A DNA stretch of 62,084 nt, the filler included, from Choristocarpus tenellus KU-1152 (Eukaryota > Protista > Phaeophyceae): assembly GCA_964200185.2 (NCBI GenBank). It is 15 parts of 15 records of this genome, joined end to end, with 100 filler letters (N's around TTAATTAATTAA, not from the genome) between each part and the next. Parts side by side here need not be neighbours in the genome. Positions count along the whole stretch, not along the records: positions 52,200 to 55,652 come from CAXNAD020019934.1; positions 55,753 to 58,507 come from CAXNAD020025019.1; positions 58,608 to 62,084 come from CAXNAD020019770.1; 12 more parts are not named here. The stretch is one strand, 5' to 3'. Below the pieces are notes generated by a model, which was given only the letters and a program-made list of their open reading frames with translations, had not been told where the DNA came from and did no database searches. Made by a program: the position numbers and the translations under genes. This document shows positions 53,753 to 62,084 of the stretch, in pieces. Position 1 is the first letter of the stretch. Every line of letters begins with the position of its first letter.

Positions 53753-54265
53753 GAGTCAAACCAACAGAGAGGTTGGTAGGCAGGGTTACATATTAAGGAC
53801 CCTGATTTAATTGTAATTGAGTGAAAGTATCTTAGAGGGTAACGAGTTTTTCCCTGTTTGTGTCAGTTTGAGGCTTGGCTTCCCATGGGTTCTTCTATGA
53901 CATTTCCCTACTCCAAAGTGTTTAGGGTCAGGTAAAGTGTGTATGTTATAAAAAGGTGTCTCAGGAACAAGGATATTGACACTTCCTAGCAAAGGCGATA
54001 GCCAAAATTGCATCAAAATCGCAACATCGGATTTTGACCCCCAAATGGAGGCGGCTCTACCCTCTAAGATATTTTATCCGAATTACATTAAGTTCTATTA
54101 CTGAATTGTGGTGCCAATTTGTGGGTGCGTGGAAAGGGGGAATATCAATTAGGGTACGCTGTTGCGTACATAAAGTAGTAAATAGAGAGTATTGCACAGG
54201 GTAAAGAAAGGCAGTCAAGGGTGAAAAAGGGTCCAAACCTGCCTACCTCTCCATTTGTTTGACTC
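53753..54265 (+). mobile_element. MITE family C containing a nested family-A copy
   Basis: TIRs GAGTCAAACCAA..AGAGG..TAGGCAGGGTT and AACCTGCCTACCTCT..TTTGACTC. Confidence 0.75.
53819..54080 (+). mobile_element. MITE family A nested in family C
   Basis: TIRs present; AATT on both flanks. Confidence 0.88.
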
Positions 54266-54450
54266 ATAGCAACTGTACTCGAGAGTGAATAACGAGCCCG
54301 GAATCCGTACAGCAAGTGGTGCGTTAGGCTCGCATAGATTCTACAAGTTGTCAAAAAGAAGAGAGCCACAAAAGAAGCATCGCGTAGAAGAAGCCAGGTA
54401 TGTTGAATCGCGCCAAAATTATTGTCCATGCCACGGCCTCATAAGGGACA

Positions 54451-54712
54451 GAGCCAAACCAACTGAGAGGTTGGTAGGCAGGGTTGCATTCTAAGGATCC
54501 AAAGAAAGGGGAAAAAGACGCCATTTTCTACAATTACACAAAGAACCTTTACTTCATCATGGTGTCACCTTGTGCGCGGAAAGGGGTGATATCAATATAC
54601 GTACACTATTGTGAACATGAAGCAATGAAATCGTCTGTATTGCACAGGATATGAAAGGTAGCTTAGAGTGCACAAGGGTCCAAACCTGCCTACCCCTACA
54701 TTGGTTTGACTC
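54451..54712 (+). mobile_element. MITE family C, uninterrupted copy
   Basis: GAGCCAAACCAA...TTGGTTTGACTC, colinear with the 53753 copy. Confidence 0.78.
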
Positions 54713-55278
54713 TCAGCAATCTACTCCCTCAGTTAAGAAGGGCAAGCAGCTACACACCAAAGTATGGGGGGAAAGCCTGTGATGATATGTGTCGTCAGCA
54801 TGCAACATGATATCGCACAAAGAAGCAGAAAAGGTACCACCAACTGCTACTTATACCGTGGAGAGCAGGTTTGGCCCCACCAAATTGTGCTCTGCATCGA
54901 AAAAGACAAGCTAATCTCTGGTGAATGACTTGGCGCATGCTTGCGACATCTTTCTTGCTTGGGCAGTGATTTAACATACACACCAACTCTCCTACCCCAG
55001 ACACAAGTATGTGTGTGCGTACGTTGAGTGCAGGAGTATTAGAAGCAATTAGTAGATTGAGAGCTACCCTTATATTAGATCGAGGTCTTCTGGTCCTCAT
55101 GTGCCTGCTCTTGTATTGCAAAACAGCAAAACGAGTCGCGTGCTCATTCTATTTTACCGAGTTCCAAGGTACACTATTCGTACGAAATATGCGACAACTA
55201 TCTTCTACTAGTTATATTCATGACAACAATAGTACTCTTTTTCCTCCTACAATAATTCTTGCATATACTACGTATATA

Positions 55279-55325
<47 letters not shown>
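55279..55325. repeat. (AGT)n microsatellite
   Basis: About 15 consecutive AGT units. Confidence 0.95.
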
Positions 55326-56923
55326 ATGGTAGTAGCAGTTGTAGAAGTATGAAAGGTATTACAGTCGCTTCAGTGTTCTTGTGTGTGATACTACTACTAC
55401 TTTCCTACTGCTGCTGCTGCTGTACCTTCTCTGATGGGATAAAAATAGGAGTGCTGATATTATACTACAGAGTGGTAGTTATCATCGGAATTGTCCTATT
55501 CTGAGCGTGCAGGCTCAGCAAACAGCTGTGGCGTGCGTTAATCGAATTTTGGACCAAAAGTATCAAGGGGGGGGGGGGGGGGGGGGGATCCCGGGGGGGG
55601 GTACTGGGGGTGAAGATAAGGGATAGATAAGCGCAACCCCCACTCCAGCGGCNNNNNNNNNNNNNNNNNNNNNNNNNNNNNNNNNNNNNNNNNNNNTTAA
55701 TTAATTAANNNNNNNNNNNNNNNNNNNNNNNNNNNNNNNNNNNNNNNNNNNNCCCCCCCCCCCCCCCCCCCCCCCCCCGGTGTGACCCCCCCCCCCCCCC
55801 CCCCCTAGATACTTTAGGTCAGTGACTGGGTTGGCCAGTACCCCAACTTGGTATACCATGGTCTTGCGGAAACTCTGGTCCATGGTGAAGGGAATCTTAT
55901 CCTCCAAGGTGCAAGGGATGCGCATTTAATGCAAACACAGCCAAGTTGCCCGATGATAGATGTGTGCCACTGCACTTATCCTTTGTCTCTAGGGCATGTA
56001 CATGCATGCCTAGTAACCACGTCTTGTCTTCTGCATTCAATCACAAGGCACCTGTTGGACAGTGCCCCGCCTACCCCCAAAGATCGGTTAAGGCGAGATT
56101 GTGGAGACTGTCTCGCTGCTAAATGGCTGCCTATTGGTCCCTTGCCCACACTGCTTCCTATGGCGTGCTAAGGCCACAGCAGAGGGTTTCCTTCCAGGTC
56201 TTGGATCTGCAGAGAGGTTTGCTCCTGGGTGCTGTACTATCTAAGTCTATGCAACCCTGGTCGATGTTCACAGCAAAGTCGTCTGCAGGGACTCCTACAG
56301 ATACGATGGTGTGGATTAATGCTCCCAAAACCTGAACAGTGTTGAAACCTTGAATCGCATGGATCACGTTTTGCGAAGGGGAATTGTGTGAGACTCATAA
56401 CCTGTTAAAGCCTTGAATTGCATTTTTATTTCTCATAATTGTGCTCCGCAAGCTTACCATAATGGGATATGCAACTCCACTCTATGAGAATGCATGCACA
56501 CCATGAAGCTCGTACAAGGCTCCATGATGCACAAGTCGTAAAGTATGCTGGATCTCTCACTTCGATTATTCCCTTCATAAGTATCAATCATCATATATAA
56601 AAGGAACTGACCAAAAATATACCTCCTTGAAGGGGTGACCCAGTGCACTGAAGCACTGGTGGAATTCGATGTGATAAGTTTTGTAACATGCACTATGAAG
56701 AGACTGGTTGAGAACTCTAAAGTATGGCACTATCCAGTCCTGTGGTCCAGGGTAGCGATACATGCTCTGAGTAGAGGTTTGTCACCTTGTGGGAAAGGTT
56801 GTGGATGTATTAACTCTCAATATATCTCATCCAGTTCTGATCAAGAAATACTTACAGTAGAGCGAATCCGAAGTATGAAGAGGGGGCGACACCTTAGAAA
56901 TCATGCGAGATACCAGGGCTTTT

Positions 56924-57181
56924 GAGCCAAACTAATTGAGAGGTGGCCAGCTTTGGACCTTCCTACATTCTAACTCATCTTTCTCATCCTGTACACAATA
57001 ATTATCTCATTACTTCATGTCCACAATGGTGTACGCAAAGTTGAGATTCACCTCTTCCACACACAAAGTGAAATCACAATTAAGCAAAAGCTCTTTATGC
57101 AATTGTACTAAATGGCGTCTTTTTCTCCTTTCTGAGAACCCTTAGAGTGCAACCCTGCCTACCTCTCAATTGATTTCGCTC
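56924..57181 (-). mobile_element. MITE family C, reverse and diverged
   Basis: GAGCCAAACTAATTGAGAGGT...ACCTCTCAATTGATTTCGCTC; flanks TTTT/TTTG. Confidence 0.72.
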
Positions 57182-57636
57182 TTTGTTCCATATGAGAAAA
57201 ATGCAAGAGATTCCAATCAAATTTAAATCATCAACTCATGTGTATTGCGAACTGAAATTGTATGTCGAATATCTGCCAATTCCAGGGATCAAAATATTAT
57301 AACCATACATAGTGCACAGCAAGTCGTGATTACATACTTTGCAGAGCGGTATAACGTGCGACGTGGGTGCTTACACACTAACGAATCATTGCTAGTGGAG
57401 AAGCCAACAGTCAACAGTCGATATGGTAATAAATGCATCTAACAGTCATGGAGGAAGTAACCTATATTTTAACCAAAAATAAAGCTAGAGGAGATGGTTG
57501 TGGCAAACACCTCTCCAGAAACCCCTTGCCGTCTTGCTATTAGGGTTGGGAGAGTGGCTCCTAGGGATTCTCCAACTCGTGAATGTTGGGGATGGATTAT
57601 TTCGATCAGGGGTGACCAGTCAATAACCATGTGGGT

Positions 57637-57718
57637 GATCGTTTGCCCGAGCGGTCTAAGGGGTGGCGTTCAGGTCGTCATGTATTCGTACTCGTGGGTT
57701 CGAACCCCACAGCGATCA
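57637..57718 (+). tRNA. trnL-CAG: tRNA-Leu(CAG)
   Basis: Acceptor stem GATCGTT/AGCGATC plus discriminator A, D-arm TGCCCGAGCGGTCTAAGGGG, anticodon stem TGGCG/CGTCA with loop TT-CAG-GT, long variable arm, T-arm GTGGGTTCGAACCCCAC, and a downstream TTTTT Pol III terminator. Confidence 0.95.
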
Positions 57719-58692
57719 TATTTTTACCCTCCAGCGACATGGAATGTCCTAGAGTACCAACTTTCACCACTCCAATGCCCAAGTTCGAACCTAGTCGTGA
57801 TCAGATTTCCTTCAGAGGAAATCTGTTTTGGATGGAATCGTGGTGGGTACCGGTACCTTCTCAAACAACATCAATAACTCAATTTTCATATTATATTATG
57901 AAAACCATGGTATATTTTAGTGAGTTGTCGTCAACTACTAGCGACGTAGGGAATGATAATGGAAGAAATGTTTGAAAAGAAAGATGAGTATCAATGAAGA
58001 AAGGGGAAGAATTCATAAACCAACACTCGGTCATCATATATCATGTCCAATGTCCTGCAAATACTCCACACTGCCATTTGCTGCTGCAATATTGTCTAGG
58101 GTGTGAATAGCACAACAGGTTGTTTACACTTTGTCTATCGTTTTCATTAGGTAAACGGGCATTCCAAAAGATTCTCAAGTTTTATGAACCTATGGAAAAC
58201 AACTATAATATGTTGGGAAATCTCTATCACTCTAAAAGTCATCCTCAGATGGGTAAGCAACAAGGCTCTCCTCCCTCAACTCGCTCTCTTCATCCTCCTC
58301 AGTCACGTGCAGTTTCAGCTTCTTCATACGGCTACATTACTCTGCAGTTTCACTCAAGGCTAGCAACTCAACCATTCTCTCCTTCCCCTTTCATGCATTC
58401 GGTCCCTTCCCACATTCTTTCCGTGCCTTGCTACTGTTACAGGCGAATAGAGCGAGTATTTCTTCTTATATTTCAACGAAGTGCAAACGTTTGTTACACG
58501 CGAATAGNNNNNNNNNNNNNNNNNNNNNNNNNNNNNNNNNNNNNNNNNNNNTTAATTAATTAANNNNNNNNNNNNNNNNNNNNNNNNNNNNNNNNNNNNN
58601 NNNNNNNACTTTTCCTGATTTTGGTCCAAATGGACACCCTGGTCTAGACCCCCCCCCCTCCCAGATACTTTGGGTCACACTTCTTTCAGTAC

Positions 58693-60026
58693 CTCGAAGG
58701 ACTCTGGTTGAAGGGAGTTAACGCCTTGCTGCCATTTTCGTAGAGTTGATTTCCAAGGGGCAGTAATACCCACCTTCACGGTGGGCAGAAAACGGAAAAC
58801 ATTATGCACCCAGCCAGCGAGGATGAGGCATCGTTACTACCACACCAACGCAGTATATATGTGTGTGTGTGGAGGGGGGGGGGTTAGGCAACACCATTGA
58901 TAAAACAAACAAGAAATAATTTTCAATTGCACGTCTGTGGTTAACCATACATACATACTACACGGTCACCCGAAGATCAATAAGTTGGTTGACAGGGTAT
59001 CTAAACGCAGGATAACTATCTCAACTTAAGTTGAATAGTTCGACACAGGGATATCTCGCAACGGCTGTAACCCAACTCGAGGAGGAGTAGAGCGCGACCA
59101 TCCCACCAATATCGACAACTCTCTCACCTTATGGTACATTTTGCGGATCTCTCCTGGTGACACTTCTTTCTTCTTCGTCTGTCGCTTGATAGATTCTTGG
59201 AGCTTTTGCTGAAAATATATCTTATCGTATAACGTGCGCTCAACCACACTCTCTGTTGTGTCGTTGAATGCTATAAGCATGGCGGTGCAGTGGGCGAACG
59301 GGACAAGGGTTAAGTGGGGAGCGATCGCGAGACACACGCGGCCTGTGGCACCAAGAAACATGTTGCTGTGGACAGGAATACCACGAGGGATAAAAAAGAT
59401 GATAAACAAAAATATCCACAATGGGCTGACTGACAATGAACATAGCAAGGGAAACTCGACAACAACTTCGTATATCAGAATAGTCATCAGGCGATCACGG
59501 AACAATGAAAATACTACATTACTTCGGTGCTTAGTTGATCACAACGGTCAGACGATTATGGAACAACGAAAACAGTCCATCACCCACCGTTGGCAATTAG
59601 CCTCTGTTCCGTTTGCTCGAACTCCACGTAGATCCGCACGGTAAAAGCGTGCTCGGGATCAAACACTCTCTTCAGCACCATTACTCTATGGTTTCCGTCC
59701 AATACATGCCCTTCAATGGCAAGCGCAGTTTCGGCGTTTAGCTCATCTATATTACCGAAACTTTCTCGCTTGGTGACAACACTTGGAGCAAACTGATCCA
59801 GCCAGCCTTTCTCCTTTATAGACTTATGAACGCGCGCAAGGCCACGCTCGCTTAAAGGATGCACCATATCTGTACATGTGACGTGTCCTAGTTTCATCTT
59901 GTATGACCCCAGACAATGTTCATCCAGTAGCTGGGACATGCCAATAGGGGGTAGGTCCCGCGTTAGGAATTCCAAACTTTTCCCATCGGCGGGCGGGTGG
60001 GTTGTTGTTCTTGGAATGTTCGACAT
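58693..60026 (-). CDS. Intron-containing ParB/Sulfiredoxin-fold protein with putative HTH, 3' truncated by contig end
   Basis: Exons 60026-59588, 59270-59128 and 58773-58693 are phase-compatible with GT-AG borders: ..LSERGLARVHKSIKEKGWL..P.V..HVLDGNHRVMVLK..RLIANAFNDTTESVVERTLYDK..EIRKMYHKVGITAPWKSTLRKWQQ.. Confidence 0.75.
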
Positions 60027-60751
60027 GGCAAAGATTGGGAGGGTGTGATGGGGATGGGTAAGTAAGAGGTCTCCGTTGTATCTACTGAAGGGAATGAATT
60101 GAAATGAGGACTGAGGGATGGGAGGTGCTGTTTTATGTCGTCTGACCTTTTGATCCTCAAAATTCAGATTGCACATTTTTTATGAGAATTGCGTTACAAT
60201 AATACGAAAATCAAACAGCATAGGATTTCATATTGAACTGGGACAGAGGGTGTCAGTATTTTCGTGACCTTTTCGATCTAGTTCGTTTTGAACGTATTAG
60301 ATCAATGAAGGATGTGGTTTGTATCTGTATTTGTTGGTGCAAAGATTAGAATATCATTCTACTTTTGGAAAAACCCTAACGCACGTTTTCTGAGTGTTCG
60401 ACGGTAAAAGTGTTTACCAGTAACCAGGAATAAGATAGATCCGCCTTTTTATGTTATCTAGTGTTTATTTAAACCCTAAAGACGCCAAAAAGTGGATTTA
60501 GGGTTTGATTAAATAGTGGGTACCAGTTGGAAGGACTTCTTAGGTTTTCTGAAAGTTGGAAACGTGTGAGACCCCTAAAGTGCGTTCTTGGTATTTTAAA
60601 AAAACTAAGCACGGTTTTCAGTGGATTTAGTATTAAAAAAAACCCTAACGCACGTGTAAAGTGGCCTAGACCTTAAAAATGGTTTGTGGCAACCACTTTT
60701 TCGTAAAGAGTCACTTATTATCGACTTGTACGTTTATGACAATCGCTATGT

Positions 60752-61287
60752 GATCCAAAGTATCTTAGAGGTTAGGGTCGAGTCTGAGTGAAAGTATCTT
60801 AGAGGGTACGCGTTTTGCCCTGTTTCTCCATTTGAGGCTTAGCTTCCCGTGGGGTTTTTTGTGACACTCTCCTACTGCAAAATGTTTTGAAGTAGTAGGT
60901 AAAATGTAAATGTTATGAAAAGGTGTGACCAGAACATGGACGTTGATACTTGCTAACAAACAAGATGACCAAAATTATGTCCAAATCGCAATGTTGGATT
61001 TTGGCCCCCAAATGGACGCGACTCTACCCTATAAGATACTTTGGCTCTCTGTTTGTTGTCTGTTTGGGGCAAAATCCAATGTTGTGATTTTGATTAAATT
61101 TGGGCTGTTGCGTATGTTAGGGAGTGTCAATATCCTTGTTCCATACACACCTTTTCATAACATACATATTTCACCTACTCTAATATATTTCGGAGTAGGA
61201 AAATGTCTTTTAAAAAAACGTGGGAAGCCAAGCCCCAAACGGACAAACAGGGCAAAAATCGTACCCTCTAAGATACTTTCACTACTC
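60752..61287 (-). mobile_element. MITE family A (reverse) split by an inverted copy of itself
   Basis: Left piece 60752-60785 and right piece ~61058-61287 together form one element; outer flanks ATGT/ATTT. Confidence 0.8.
60786..61047 (+). mobile_element. MITE family A, inner nested copy
   Basis: Complete TIRs; GTCT precedes it and recurs where the outer copy resumes. Confidence 0.88.
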
Positions 61288-61363
61288 ATTTCCGATTCGG
61301 TAAGATTTTGTACTTCAAATACGTAGAGGGTTGGGGTTGTTTTTTGACGTTTTGGTTACTGTA

Positions 61364-61939
61364 AATTGGAAACATACAAGATAAATTAAGTATGTGATTG
61401 GTATCTTGAAAAATACAAATCCCTGATAAAATAGGATTTTTTAGAAATAGAAATCACGGAAATAATCTGATTTACAACTTCTGAAAAATGTTACGCACGG
61501 ATTTTCAGGATTGGTGGGATCTCAGGGTGGTCCCATCGATCGCCCAAGGATGAAACAAAGTTGGTTTCGGAACATTGGAAATGTACAATAACAATTAAGT
61601 ATGTGATTGGTATCTTGAAAAATACAAATCACGGATATAATTGGATTATTAAAAATAGAAATCATGGATATAATCTGATTTACAACTTCTGAAAAATGTT
61701 ATGCACGGATTTTCAGGATTGGTGGGATCTCAGGGTGGTCCCACTGATCGCCCGAGGATGAATTGTGTGATTGGTATCTTAAAAAATACAAATCACTGAT
61801 ATAATTGGATTAAAAAAAAAAAAGAAATCACGGATATAATCTGATTTACAACTTCTGAAAAATGTAACGCACGGATTTTCAGGATCGGTGGGATCGAAAG
61901 GGTGGTCCCACCGATCCTGAAAAGGATCAAACAAAGTTC
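61364..61939. repeat. Three-copy tandem repeat (spacings 209 and 164 bp), each unit ending in a hairpin
   Basis: GTGATTGGTATCTT at 61394, 61603 and 61767. The third copy has a perfect 18-bp inverted repeat at 61876-61893/61906-61923. Confidence 0.9.
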
Positions 61940-62084
61940 ATACACGCTCGTCTTCGAATCTAATCACTCCTACACCTTCTCACTGCCCAAGACCGCCTGT
62001 TGATCGAAAACGCTCTGCCAGTTGCTTCCACAGCAACGGGGTGGCTTGTGTCGCCTACGTCTCCCCCTGCGTTGCCCCCACACC

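Noticed and set aside
1-62084. Functional clustering of PDK, DGAT1, glucan synthase, kinesin and others as a pathway or island
   Set aside because: The genes sit on separate contigs joined artificially, so linkage cannot be inferred.

Overview
Eukaryotic draft-genome window made of about 15 unlinked contigs, mostly 2.5-10 kb. They are joined by 14 artificial N44-TTAATTAATTAA-N44 linkers, so adjacency across linkers means nothing. The GT-AG introns, interstitial (CCCTAA)n tracts, Ectocarpus-type RTE and CRE-like LINE remnants, 72-nt LRR exons and a callose-synthase exon suggest a brown alga or related stramenopile (inference). I reconstructed these spliced gene fragments by hand: pyruvate dehydrogenase kinase, a histidine-phosphatase/PGAM-family gene, the DGAT1 3' end, a tandem 72-nt-exon LRR gene, 1,3-beta-glucan synthase, kinesin-8, a divergent signal-peptide protein, an ELMO-domain protein, and an intron-containing ParB-like (DGNHR) plus putative HTH gene. 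There is one tRNA-Leu(CAG). The rest is mostly decayed transposons (RTE, CRE-like, Copia, plant-type mariner) and three MITE families with related G(A/G)NY(C/G)AAA termini and 4-bp TSDs (Sola-like). The best candidates for an undescribed system are the spliced ParB-HTH gene with its adjacent repeat and hairpin arrays, the LRR exon-cassette array, and the MITE superfamily. All assignments come from motif recognition; no searches were run.
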